Origin: Octopus vulgaris
Taxonomy: Eukaryota
Direction: 5' to 3'
DNA: 64,000 bases
NCBI GenBank assembly: GCA_951406725.2
Contig: OX597831.1
Span: forward strand, 46,624,001 to 46,688,000
The translations under genes were made by a program, and so were the position numbers. Numbering within the stretch: position 1 is the stretch's first letter; the number at the start of each line of letters is the position of its first letter. Below are positions 25,744 to 38,773 of the stretch, in pieces. The notes below the pieces were generated by a model. The model had not been told where the DNA came from, searched no databases, and was given only the letters and a program-made list of their open reading frames with translations.

Positions 25744-26602
25744 TTATCGCCATACTAATATGGCATTCTTATAAAAATAAGAATAAAGCTGACCGCTTAT
25801 TAGCTCCATGAGGCCATCGCCTTAAGTTAGCTATTTGATACACAAACTGTATCCATATAACTTTTGAACAAGGGAGGTCAGTCGCTCCACACTACTTGAC
25901 CGGCAGCTACAGACGCGTTTCGGGGTATTGCCCCTTTTCAATGCAGCGTAGCCAAACCAGTAGGTGTCGCTTCCGACAATCTCTGTTCAAAGGTTTTATT
26001 TACCTAGCTTCGGCCAAGTAGTGTGGAGCGACTGACCTCCCTTGTTCAAAGGTTATATGGATACAGTTTGTGTATCAAATAGCTAACTTAAGGCGATGGC
26101 CTCATGGAGCTAATAAGCGGTCAGCTTTATTCTTATTTTTATAAGAATGCCATATTAGTATGGCGATAACTAATATTTTCCGGGAACGCTGCCGTTGTTC
26201 TCTTTTAGAGAGACTTAGTAATTTTAATATTTCTATTATTGAAAACAAGTGGATGTATTCCACCGAAGCTAGGTAAATAAAACCTTTGAACAGAGATTGT
26301 CGGAAGCGACACCTACTGGTTTGGCTACGCTGCATTGAAAAGGGGCAATACCCCGAAACGCGTCTGTAGCTGCCGGCCAAGTAGTGTGGAGCGACTGACC
26401 TCCCTTGTTCAAAGGTTATATGGATACAGTTTGTGTATCAAATAGCTAACTTAAGGCGATGGCCTCATGGAGCTAATAAGCGGTGAGCTTTATTCTTATT
26501 TTTATAAGAATGCCATATTAGTATGGCGATAACTAATATTTTCCGGGAACGCTGCCGTTGTTCTCTTTTAGAGAGACTTAGTAATTTTAATATTTCTATT
26601 AT
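25741..26602 (+). mobile_element. Young non-autonomous HHR-bearing retroelement (retrozyme/PLE pLTR-like): 273-bp inverted copy plus ~1.6 tandem copies of a 363-bp unit
   Basis: 26011-26239 is repeated at 26374-26602 (period 363); 25741-26013 is the reverse complement of 26263-26535; (TA)n on both sides. Confidence 0.85.
26329..26370 (+). ncRNA. Minimal type I hammerhead ribozyme, U3-A8 core variant (second copy 25906-25947 on -)
   Basis: GCTGCA-TTGAAAA-GGGG caata CCCC-GAAA-CGCG-TC-TGTAGC. Confidence 0.75.
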
Positions 26603-26621
26603 ATATATATATATATATATG

Positions 26622-26780
26622 TAGACGCAGAAGAGGCTGCGTGGTAAGTATCTTGCTTACCAACCTGGTTCCTGGTTCAGACCCACTGCATGGCATCTTG
26701 GGCAAGTGTCTTCTACTATAGCCTCGTGTCGACCAAAGCCTTGTGAGTGGATTTGGTGGGCGGAAACCGAAAGAAACCCG

Positions 26781-26828
<48 letters not shown>

Positions 26829-27048
26829 GTTTGTGTGTCTATGTTTGTCCACCACCACCCAGCATCGCTTGATAACCGATGCTGGTTGTGTTTACATCCT
26901 CGGAACTTAGCGGTTCGGCAAAAGAGACCGACCGATAGAATAAGTACTAGGCTTACAAAGAATAAGTCCTGGGGGGTCGATTTCCTGGACTAAAGGCGGT
27001 GCTCCAGCATGGCCACAGTCAAATGACTGAAACAAGTAAAAGAATAAA
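26622..27048 (+). mobile_element. SINE family 2
   Basis: Head, CORE-like block, (TA)n and tail match the other copies. Confidence 0.8.
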
Positions 27049-27485
27049 GAGAGTAATGAATATTTCGCATTCAAAGGTTAAAAGTAGAAAACGATGACAT
27101 ACGTATAGACGTGTTGTTTACCTGTTTTGAAGCTGAAGCTTGTCAACACAACGGGAAAAAAAGAATCAAATAAATTTGCTGTTTTCTAGGTTTCCTTTCA
27201 ATACCTAATTATCTTTTTTTTTTTTTTATTATGGCAAGAAAAATATTTTTCAATCACTACCACACACATACACACACAAACACATGTACACCGCCTCATA
27301 TACGCATGTGAATGGTAGTTACAACTTGAATGAAGTATATACGTAGTGTGCTTATACGACACACAAAACAAACACACACACAGACATACACATATACACG
27401 CCAACCACACACACACACACACACACACACTTATATATATATATATATATATATGTACATATGTGTATATATATGTGTGTGTGTG

Positions 27486-27535
<50 letters not shown>

Positions 27536-27674
27536 ATGAGGAAATATTATTCCAAACTTACAGGGGAAAATTCAAATTTAGAAATACTAAATCAAATTTC
27601 ACAAAATATAATATGTATATATATATATATAAATTTTAAACAAACACCTTTTATCAATTCAATAATGAAAAATT

Positions 27675-27870
27675 AAATTATACCATTTAGAAAAATTACA
27701 TATTATAGAAAGATTAAATATAAGATAAATCATATAACACTGATTAAGTAATTTAGAAAATAATAAATAAAACGTATATATTTGGTAAATAATTTTCGAA
27801 TTACTTAATCAATGATTTATCTTATATTTAATCATTCTATAAGATGTAATTTTTCTAAATGGTATAGTTT
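27675..27870. repeat. AT-rich fold-back (~85-bp arms) between (TA)n tracts
   Basis: TATACCATTTAGAAAAATTACAT... is mirrored by ...ATGTAATTTTTCTAAATGGTATA. Confidence 0.85.
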
Positions 27871-28236
27871 ATATATATATATATATATAAATACACACAC
27901 ATATAAATATAATTTGTAGAACTTCATGCTTGCTCGATTTCGGTCGAGCGTTCTGCATCTAGTTCTGGAAATGGTGTTTTATAAGCGACAGACTACGCTG
28001 ACGATCTTGCAGATATCTGCGTGTTTGCATACGTAAATATTAACAAGTGAAACCAATGGTACGTAGGTAATCGTTTTTTCTTTCGTATATTTTTATTTGT
28101 CTTGCTCATTTTTACATTTTGGCGTTTTGCTGAGATTTTTCTTGAGAACACATTCTTCGTGGTAATGGCGATTTGACGTCTATGTTTAGCATATTAGGTG
28201 TCCACATTAGCGGTCATTCCTCTTAATTTTGTATAG

Positions 28237-28309
<73 letters not shown>

Positions 28310-28724
28310 TGCATACATGCATACATACAATTCGATAGATTACTCAAAAGTGAATATTTTAAGATTCGATTATAAACAAAAACCAACTCCCAGGTTTATG
28401 CCCGGTTTACTGTAACAATTGTACTAAAATCTGCTTTCACTGAACCTCCGCCGAGTCTCGATCTGCTAACTATAACAGTTAAATCTTCTTCAAATTACAC
28501 CTTAAAAACAATTAACTTATGGATGACATGGACATAGGATTAATATATATGAAACAAAAATAGGAGCATTAGTCAACGGTCAAGGCTGAAATGACATTTG
28601 TAATGTCTGCTGGATTAAAACTGACTTGAGGCTAAAAACCAGCAGTTAAACTGCTTATGCACAATGCTAGATTGACTTATTTGATCTATGAATAAAGTAA
28701 TTTCCGTTATAATATATATAAAAC

Positions 28725-28783
28725 ATAGATAGATAGGTAGATAGATAAATAGACAGACAGACAGACAGACAGTTAGATAGATT

Positions 28784-28833
<50 letters not shown>

Positions 28834-28838
28834 CAGAC

Positions 28839-28897
<59 letters not shown>

Positions 28898-28906
28898 GAG
28901 ATAGAG

Positions 28907-28955
<49 letters not shown>

Positions 28956-28956
28956 T

Positions 28957-29000
<44 letters not shown>

Positions 29001-29245
29001 ATAGAGAGACAAGTTGATAGATATAGAAATATATAGATAGACAGATAGATAGATAAATAAAGGAATAAATAGGCAGACAGATAGCAGACAGATAGAGAGA
29101 GAGGAGGGGAGATCATGAGAGAGAGACAGGCAAGCAGACAGATAGATCGATAGATAGATGGATAGAGACATAGATAGATACATCGATAGATAGATAAATA
29201 GATAGCTAGACAGACAGACATCATGCTAGCTAGCTAGATAGATAG
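28725..29245. repeat. (GATA)n/(GACA)n degenerate microsatellite
   Basis: Directly visible; similar tracts at 3397-3508, 45135-45347 and 56996-57345. Confidence 0.95.
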
Positions 29246-30169
29246 TCCGTGACCTAGCGGTTCGCTAAAAAGCCGTTAGAATAAGTACTAGACATAAATA
29301 GTAAGTACTGGGGTTTTGCTCGACAAAACCCTTGAAGGCGCTGTTCCAACATGGCCGCGGTCCAGTAACAAGGAGTATTGAGACCTAATTTCTATATTCA
29401 AGTATGACTGGGCAGGGAATGACGTTGCGGTGTTAACTGCGTAGCCTTTTGGTGAAATATTTTTGACAAAAGTAGAGGGAATAGGAAAGTGCACCTGTAA
29501 GTCCCTATGTCAATGGCATTCTCTCACGTTATGCTTCACAAGAATTCGTCTGCATCAACATTAGAATCTCACAGTGTTGAGATATTGATGTTACTTAATG
29601 TAACTATGTTTTTTCATGATGGCTAAATAAGACTAGTTTTAACTTAAAAGAACGCTAACATGAGAATTAAATCGCAATGCACTCTAAAAATCCTCGTTAT
29701 CGGCGTGCTTCTTCCTTTAGTGTCTGTTGTCATTTTCCTCTTTCTCGTTTTGAACAAGTCACATTCAGAGTGGTAATTTTCCACGCATCGATCGTCCACT
29801 GCTAAGCCTGATCCATTCAATACACACATTATTCGTAAAAAGAAAACCGGGAACAAATCCAGTATAACGCCATCACCACAAATCTTCAGCTTCCTTTAAC
29901 CTGGCAACCAACTAATATTAGAGGTTAAGATAAATTGGATGGACCAATTTGCATATTTAACTCTCCCGCGTCACTGAGACCGAACATTAATTAAATGTGT
30001 TAACAATGTTTCGTTTCGTTGCTATAATGTATGGAATTTTCAACCGACACTGTTTGACAACAAATGTAAACAATTCATCTGTAACATATGTGCATGCATG
30101 CAAGACAAATATTTACGTATTTACAGCAAGACAAATCCTAGCAAAACTCATTACTATACAAACATATTC

Positions 30170-30755
30170 TAAGGCGGCGAGCTGGCAGAATCTTTAGCAC
30201 GCCGGGCAAAATGCTTCGCGGTATTTCGTCTGCCTCTACGTTCTGAGTTCAAATTCCGCCGAGGTCGACTTTGCCTTTCATCCTTTCGGGGTCGATTAAA
30301 TAAGTACCAGTTACGCACTGGGGTCGATGTAATCGACTTAATCCATTTGTCTGTCCTTGTTTGTCCTTTCTGTGTTTAACCCCTTGTGGGTAGTAAAGAA
30401 ATAGGTATTTCGTCTGCCGCTACGTTCTGAGTTCAAACTCCGCTGATGTCAACTTTGCCTTTCATCGTTTTGGGGTCGATAAATTAAGTATCAGTTACGC
30501 ACTGGGGTCGATATAATCGACTTAATCCGTTTGTCTGTCCTTGTTTGTCCTTTCTGATGTGTAGCCCCTTGTGGGTGGTAAAGAAATAGGTATTTTGTCT
30601 GCCGCTACGTTCTGAGTTCAAACTCCGCTGAAGTCAACTTTGCCTTTCATCGTTTCGGGGTCGATAAATTAAGTACCAGTTACGCACTAGGGTCGATATA
30701 ATCAACTGGTTTCCTTCCCCGCAAAATTTCGGGCCTCATGCCAAGTGTAGAAAAG
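30170..30755 (+). mobile_element. SINE family 1 with internal ~185-bp segment present three times
   Basis: GGTATTT(C/T)GTCTGCC...GTTCAAA recurs at ~30220, ~30405 and ~30590. Confidence 0.85.
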
Positions 30756-30845
30756 TATATACATATATTCAGATATCCAAAAACTTTAAAATTTCTACAT
30801 ACCATCATTTTATCACATCTATTACTCCTATACTACACCCAGTAT

Positions 30846-31070
30846 TGATTTCAAATTTCAGCACAAGGCTAACAACATTGGGTGGGGTGGGGGCGGTAAA
30901 TCACTCACATTGATCCCCCAGGGATCAGCCGGTACTTATTTTTATCGACCCTGAAAGGATGAATGGCAAAGTCGACCTCGGCTGAATTTGGCCTCAAAAC
31001 GTGAAGGCAGACGAAATGCCGCAAAGCATTTCGCCCGGCGTGCTAACGAGCCTGCCAGCTCGTCGCCTTG
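30846..31070 (-). mobile_element. SINE family 1, diverged
   Basis: Similarity to the family 1 copies. Confidence 0.75.
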
Positions 31071-31865
31071 AACAACCCACTCATTATTATAAATACAATG
31101 ATTCCAACTGTGTTTTTAGACTCAGCAACAAACCATAAATAATTGACTTCTGTAAATAAAGTATACTACAAACACAGAGAGACACAGACACACAGACACA
31201 GGCACACACACCTACACACATACTCACACACACACACACACACGCACACCCACGCACATGCATAACCACGCAACAATACTTCCTGGAACTTTTCCTTTGA
31301 GATCATAACCTCCAGTCTTCTAAATATAGTACAAATTTACACTCACACACATACACGCACGCACACACATACACACAGACACACACACACGCAAACGCAC
31401 ACGCACACACACAGACACACACACAAACACATACCAGCACACATACACAGTTTCAGCAAAATACCTTCACACCTTAATAGGCTTGACCTTCAGTTCTATA
31501 ACTAATTCTCACGGCCTTTCGATCTCTTTAGCAAATATACTTAGGTGTCATTTCCTGCTGTCTTCCTTTTACACACCCCTCCACACATCTACAAATACAC
31601 TGACCACACCTTCAAGAAGCGGTTTTTTAGCTTGAGTTTTTAAAAAAAATCTTTTAGAAGTCATTTTTATTTCGGTACACACCCCACCAACACGCACGCG
31701 TCAATCTGGTACTCTACACTATTTAAATCAAATGGTTAAAACCAAGTCACCTAAAAGTAAACAAAACTCTTCCAGCTCGGTTTGAAAAACTCCTTAATCT
31801 CCTTCGTATCATCACTGAACAACTATATGACATCTGCTTTTCAATAGTTTATCACTTCGAAGACA

Positions 31866-32245
31866 GCGATTAGCAGAATCGTTAGCACGCCGGGCGAAAT
31901 GCTTTGCGGTATTTCGTCTGCCGCTACGTTCTGAGTTCAAATTCCGCCAAGGTCCACTTTGCCTTTCATCCTTTCGGGGTCGATAAATTAAGTACCAGTT
32001 ACGCACTGGGGTCGATGTAATCGACTTAATACCTATGTCTGTCCTTGTTTGTCCCCTCTGTGTTTAGCCCCTTGTGGGTAATAAAGAAATAGGTATTTCG
32101 TCGGTCTTTTCCGTCGACGTCGACCTTGCTTTTCATCCCTTCGGGGTAGATAAACTATGTACCAGTTAAGTACTGGGTCGATGCAATCGATTTAACCCCC
32201 ACCCCTCAAACTTCCTGGCATTGTGCTAAAATTTGAAATTAATAT
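31866..32245 (+). mobile_element. SINE family 1 followed by a partial second unit
   Basis: Similarity to the family 1 copies. Confidence 0.8.
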
Positions 32246-32261
32246 TCTATCAGGTCTATCA

Positions 32262-32434
32262 TAGGCGTAGGAGTGGCTATGTGGTAAGTAGCTTGCTTAC
32301 CAACCACATGGTTCCGGGTTCAGTCCCACTGCGTGGCACCATGAGCAAGTGTTTTCTACTATAGCCTCGGGCCGACCAAAGCCTTGTGAGTGGATTTGGT
32401 GGACGGAAACTGAAAGAAGTCTGTCGTATATATG

Positions 32435-32521
<87 letters not shown>

Positions 32522-32632
32522 GTGTGTGTTTGTGTGTTTGTCCATCCAATATCGCTTGACAACCGATGCTGGTGTGTTTGCGTCCCCGTAACTTAGCGGT
32601 TCGGCAAAGAGACCGATAGAATAAGTACTAGG
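32262..32632 (+). mobile_element. SINE family 2, 3'-truncated
   Basis: GGCGTAGGAGTGGCT...GGTTCAGTCCC head. Confidence 0.8.
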
Positions 32633-33125
32633 TTCCTGTGTCCTTGGTTCCTGTGTCGCAGTGAACCAGCCTGATGACACAATGGATAAACATTAAAATA
32701 ACGTCTATAATAGACAAGTATTTCTCTTCCCGTCTAAAAACGTGACACTTTTGATAGTTCTAACGTAACTAAATACGTAATTGCTACCACTGTTGTATTC
32801 TTGAAACTTTCCATAATGAATTAGATAATTAATTAATCGTTTATTTTGCTTCATATTTAATAATTGGATTCTATTTGTTTGTAAGCCGTTGTTGTTTGTT
32901 TGTTTGTTTAGAAACCCATTCACCATTACTCATTTACACAAGGACATGTTAACGGATATATATATATTGTTGTCATACAATATATTCAAATATACACGGT
33001 CTCTAATCTGCATACGCCCTCTTACTTACGTATATCTGCATACCACCCAATGCACATACCTTTTCTATAATTTACGAGTATATAAATAGATATGTTAGAT
33101 ACATACACATACATACATACATACA

Positions 33126-33159
<34 letters not shown>

Positions 33160-33526
33160 CTTATAAAAACAAGTACTTACATACACATTCACACATACTT
33201 GCGTGTTTATAGACATATCTATATATGTGTGTATACATACGATCATGAGGTTGTGAGTTCGATTCTCGGACTGGGTTGCGTGTTGTGTTCTTGAGCAAGA
33301 CACTTTATTTCACGTTGCTTCTGTCAACTCAGCTGTTCAAATCAGTTGTGACATCACTGGCACCAAGCTGTATCGGCCCCTTTGCCTTTCCCTTGGATAA
33401 CATCGGTGGTTGGTATGCCTGGGCGACTGCTGGCCTTCCGTAAACAACCTTGCCCGGAATTGTGCTTCGGAGGGTAACTTTCTAGCTGTAATCCCATGGT
33501 CATTCTTGACCGTAGGAGGTCTCCTA

Positions 33527-33590
<64 letters not shown>

Positions 33591-33899
33591 AGTATGTATG
33601 TATGTATGTATGTATGCATATATATATATATGCCTGTATATAAATATGTCTGTGTGTGTATGTGCGCGTACACACACACACACCCACACATATATATAGA
33701 TAGACAGACAGACAGATAGATAGATAATAGATAGATAGGTAGATAGATAAGGCCAACTCATAGTAAGGCAACCGGAATTACCAGAGCGTCAGTGTCATGT
33801 TCATCAATGCTGCCCCTGGAAGCGAACTAGCATATCATTTTAGGAAAACCTTACATATGATGAATCTACGAATTAAAGTAGTAGAAAGGCTAGGAACCA

Positions 33900-34200
33900 T
33901 CATAAAATCTCTGATCTGTAGAACATATCCATTTGAAAGAACTACCCTGTACCTATAGGAACTGTTATATGTATAGAGTAAGCCCACAATTAAACTATAA
34001 AACTAGGAATGTAGTCAATGATATAAGGTATACAGAGGAACGGTGTGGAAACAGGACAACGACGTACATTGAAGAGACAGCACGTAGCATAACTGAATGG
34101 ATAACTGAACACTGGCAATACATGTCTCAAGCGTTGGTGAAGATAATGATCCACATTAACTTCTAAAGAGGACTTTAAAAAACATGTAAAGCATAAAAAC
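33900..34200 (+). pseudogene. Decayed GIY-YIG endonuclease of a Penelope-like element
   Basis: NYKTRNVVNDIRYTEERCG...TYIEETARSITEWITEH fits the CxTxNVVYxIxC..C..YIGETxRxLxxRxxEH pattern. Confidence 0.7.
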
Positions 34201-34301
34201 TTACACATCTTACTATGTAGTGTGTACAGTACCAACTACGACAATTCAGATAGTCTAAAGGTCTTTTAAAATCTTATTAAAGATAGCACAGGGAAGACTG
34301 A

Positions 34302-34342
<41 letters not shown>

Positions 34343-34369
34343 ACACACACACGTGTATGTGTGTAGAGG

Positions 34370-34812
34370 CAGTGCTGGATTAACCCATTAAGCAAAATAA
34401 GCACGTGCTTGGAGCATGAAGGGACGGGAGCACCACATAAATGAAAATGGTTTATGGCACGAAAGAAATCATTTTAAACTTGCTAAAATAATCTTCGTAA
34501 TGTCTTATCTCTACTAAGTATAGAAGCAGAAGTTTTGCATAGAATTAATTCTAACGATACCATCGAACACTTTGCAATAAAAAAAAACAGAAAACATTTC
34601 AAATATAAACGAAGTGGAAATATAAAAATACAAACATTATTTTCCATCTTTCTGTGAATTTTGTTTCATTTTGAAAATAGAATTTATTTTATGGTTTATC
34701 ATCATTTACATTTTGAATTATCTTTGTTTACATTTTGAACTATTTCCATATACTTGAGGGCATCTAAACCTTTTAAGTGCTTAGGGCCTCTATGGGTCTT
34801 AATCCGGCCCTG
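34370..34812. mobile_element. hAT-type MITE (443 bp)
   Basis: TIRs CAGTGCTGGATTAA / TTAATCCGGCCCTG; 8-bp TSD TGTAGAGG (34362-34369) / TATAGAGG (34813-34820). Confidence 0.8.
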
Positions 34813-34814
34813 TA

Positions 34815-34914
34815 TAGAGGCAATTATGCGGATAAGCAATTAGACACATCAAATATATTTAATATATCTGATATATTTAATGTGTCTAATTGTTTATCCG
34901 CATAACTGCCTCTA
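34815..34914. repeat. 44-bp-arm inverted repeat
   Basis: 34815-34858 versus 34871-34914, 3 mismatches. Confidence 0.9.
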
Positions 34915-35056
34915 TTCCGGCTCAACGTGATTCTTCTCATAGCCTCTCTTCACCTTGTAAACTCGATCCCCTGTAAAGACATCGGAGTCCAAGTTTGAAT
35001 CTTTTGAGCATTACTAAATGTCGTCTATACCGAGAATTTCTGAGTCTCATCTGTAG

Positions 35057-35093
<37 letters not shown>

Positions 35094-35346
35094 ATACTGA
35101 CTATTTTTTAGCTAAAGCTATGGTGGTTTTGAATCTGTCTTGGTGTTTCCAACTGAAGGCTAAAGAGCCAGAAATGTACGTCTGGGATTCCGCTAGAGGG
35201 AAGCATTGACCAGATATGGTGTTTTTACACCTTTTACCACTGTAACATCACTGAATTTGTGCTTACAAGTTAAAATATGTCACAAACATATTTTAACGAA
35301 CCTAAAGTTCATTTATTCTTTATCACTCTTTGGCGCTAATGCTGCC

Positions 35347-35420
<74 letters not shown>

Positions 35421-35473
35421 GTATGTATATATATGTTTATATATATATATATATGTGTGTGTGTATGTGTGTG

Positions 35474-35540
<67 letters not shown>

Positions 35541-36035
35541 GTGTGTGTGTGTGCAGACATATAAAAATACACTAGAGACTTGTGTAGTCGTTCTAATAAT
35601 GGAACAATCAGATACACATCTGTGATGATGACTATTTGCTGTTTGTTGTTACCTTCGGGTTATAACTTTTTTTATTGCAAATACAGTGCAATTTTCAAAG
35701 CAGGAGAATATCAAATCACTAAACTTTTGGAGCATAAAGATGTGATCATTGTGTATTTACTTTAGTACCACCACGTTCTTGTTTCTGTCTATTTATTCCC
35801 TTCCCTGTCACCAAGACAGGGAAGGAATGAAGTTGATTTTTCGCTTACTGCATCCTCTGCAAGATGATGCGGATTGAGGGCCTGAAGCTCAATCAACAGA
35901 AGTTCTCGTAATATTTGATTTTACTAGAATAATCTCTAATTGAGACAGAGAAACGACTTTCTCGTGAACATTGGCTAACATTTGACTAAATTTCTTGTTT
36001 TACGGGGAGATATGGGTGAGATAAGCGTCTTAAGA

Positions 36036-36091
<56 letters not shown>

Positions 36092-36189
36092 TCTAGAGAA
36101 TATTCTTTGTAGTTTGATCGTTGGTGATCTATTTCTAGCATACGGCCGACTACCTAACGGTCTTGCCCTTTGAATACACACACATATAC

Positions 36190-36264
<75 letters not shown>

Positions 36265-36284
36265 ATATATAAATATATGCATAT

Positions 36285-36930
36285 ATACATATATATATGT
36301 ACATACCTACATATATATGTATATATACATGCATATATGGGTAGAGGACATAAAAAAATCGTAGACAAAATGAGAAGCGAGAACAAAAAAAAACAAAAAC
36401 ATAGAAAACGAACTTTTGTTCGAACAACGAAAGAAACAATCAGAGAAACGAGACACGCAACATAAAGAATATTCACTTCATCAGTTGTCCCCTGTTTTAT
36501 GTACTCCGTGTTTCGAAGGTAGGGACAAGACGTGACTTCTTTAAAACAGTCCTTCCCGCAAAGCAAATTAAATGAAATTTGAGAATTTTTGCAGAGAGTG
36601 AAAGTGGTAACAAAAACAGGACAGTGAGAACAAAACAGTAGAAATAAACGGAGAGGATGTTAAGCCAAGACGATTTGAAGTGGTGAACGATGGAAAAACG
36701 AGCATTGAGAAGAGACAGGTAAAAGCATGTCTTGTCTTAGGAAGGAAGTGGAAGAAAGAAAGATGGATGGCCGTTGGTCACGTGTGAGCAACGGGAGAAT
36801 CAAGGGGGAAGAGTGAGAGAGAGAGGGGAACGGTGAAAGGGAGAAGAAAAGAATAGGGAAAGTGTGGGAGAGAAAAACAGAAAGGAAGAACTAGACAGGG
36901 AGATAGAAAAAGTAGAGATAGAATAAGAGG
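36285..36930 (-). mobile_element. (TA)n-flanked non-coding repeat with hammerhead core pieces (family of 7446-7985)
   Basis: Reverse-complement similarity to 7446-7985; CTGATGA at 36484-36478. Confidence 0.65.
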
Positions 36931-36937
36931 GCGCATC

Positions 36938-36990
<53 letters not shown>

Positions 36991-37035
36991 TGTATGTATG
37001 TATGTATGTATTTATGTATGTATGTATGTATGTAT

Positions 37036-37745
37036 GTGCAGATTTGTATGTTTTATGTATGTATTCTCATACATATAGTTACATATCTACATATGTTCAT
37101 ATATATTAAAATGATAAACTTCTGGAAAGTTTTACAGATTTTTAGAGTTCTAGTGATGGACTTGATCTGTAGTCTTCGAATTAGCTTTCTCCTTTTTGGT
37201 TTTGAGAAGCCTAATTTCTCAAGATTGGTATTTATGCAGTGTGTTACGTATCCCAGGGCGCCAATAACTACAGGCATAAACCTGAACTTGTATTCTGGAT
37301 AGAGTAACTGCAGATTTCTCAATAGTTCAGCATGAGTGTTCTCTTTTTCACTCATCCTCAGCTTTATGTTAACATCCGCTGGGCAGCTAATTTCCACAAC
37401 TGCGCACAGTTTCTTTTCTCTATACGAAAACATTATATCAGGTCTGTTGTGCTTACATTTTATTGAGGTCTTCCCTGGTACATTCCACCGGTATTCTTTT
37501 TCATTTTGAGTGGCTATGGCTTCTACCATATTGTGGGTTTTCATTTCTTTGTCCTCGGGATTATCCTTCCGATGGATTTCATTATAGAGTGTCCTAGCTA
37601 CAACGCCATGTCTTATCGGTAGATAGCACTGTGATGACATTTTCGGACAACTGCTTATGATGTGGGTGATATCTTCAGTGTGAACTCCGCAAAAATCTGC
37701 ATTGGTAATCACATTTTACGGCTTTTCCCGTATCTCTATCCCTTT
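37036..37745 (-). mobile_element. RLE (R4-like) LINE 3' end: zinc knuckle plus PD-(D/E)xK-type endonuclease
   Basis: ORF 37053-37712: FCGVHTEDITHIISSC, HNRPDIMF, VVEISCPAD, PVVIGALG; (GTAT)n on both sides. Confidence 0.85.
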
Positions 37746-37800
37746 TGTGCATGTATGTATGTATGTATGTATTATGTATGTATGTACGTATGCATGCATT

Positions 37801-37849
<49 letters not shown>

Positions 37850-37851
<2 letters not shown>

Positions 37852-38272
37852 CTCTTTTTCTCTCTTTTTTTACTCTTTTTACTTGTTTCAGTCATTTGAC
37901 TGCGGCCATGCTGGAGCACCGCCTTTAGTCGAGCAAATCGACCCCGGGACTTATTCTTTGTAAACCCAGTACTTATTCTATCGGTCTCTTTTGCCGAACC
38001 GCTAAGTGACAGGGACGTAAACACACCAGCATCGGTTGTCAAGCAATGCTAGGGGAACAAACACAGACACACAAACATATTCACACACACTTATATATAT
38101 ATATACATATATACGACAGGCTTCTTTCAGTTTCCGTCTACCAAATCCACTCACAAGGCATTGGTCGGCCCGAGGCTATAGCAGAAGACACTTGCCCAAG
38201 ATGCCACGCAGTGGGACTGAACCCGGAACCATGTGGTTGGTTAGCAAGCTACTTACCAAACAGCCACTCCTG
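37850..38272 (-). mobile_element. SINE family 2, full length
   Basis: Nearly identical to 40985-41403. Confidence 0.85.
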
Positions 38273-38273
38273 C

Positions 38274-38341
<68 letters not shown>

Positions 38342-38345
38342 CGTG

Positions 38346-38385
<40 letters not shown>

Positions 38386-38406
38386 TGTGTGTGTGTGTAT
38401 GTGTGT

Positions 38407-38734
38407 GGAGGCGCAATGGCTCAGTGTTTAGGGTAGCAGACCGGGCGTTGTGAGTGTTTATTGAGTGAAAACACGTATAGTTCCACGAGACTCCAGCAGG
38501 GGGTGGTGGCGAACCCTGCTGTACTCTTTCACCAACATTTTCTCTCACTCTTTCTTCCTGTTTCTGTTGTACCTGTATTTCAAAGGTCCAGTCTTGTCAC
38601 ACTCTGTGTCACGCTGAATCTCCCCAGGAACTACGTGTCTGTGGAGTGCTCAGCCACTTGTACGTTAATTTCACGAGCAGGCTGTTTCGTTGATCGGACC
38701 AACTGGAACCTTCGACGTCGTAACCGACGGAGTG

Positions 38735-38737
<3 letters not shown>
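38407..38737 (+). mobile_element. Additional SINE family with tRNA-like head and (CA)n tail
   Basis: GGAGGCGCAATGGCTCAGTGTTTAGG A-box-like start; ends in (CA)n. Confidence 0.55.

Positions 38738-38773
<36 letters not shown>

Noticed and set aside
32262-32345. tRNA genes at SINE heads
   Set aside because: A/B-box-like motifs are followed by SINE body in many diverged copies, and no full cloverleaf is evident.
35870-35910. CTGTTGA plus hairpin on the minus strand as a hammerhead
   Set aside because: No GAAA or helix I partner follows the hairpin.
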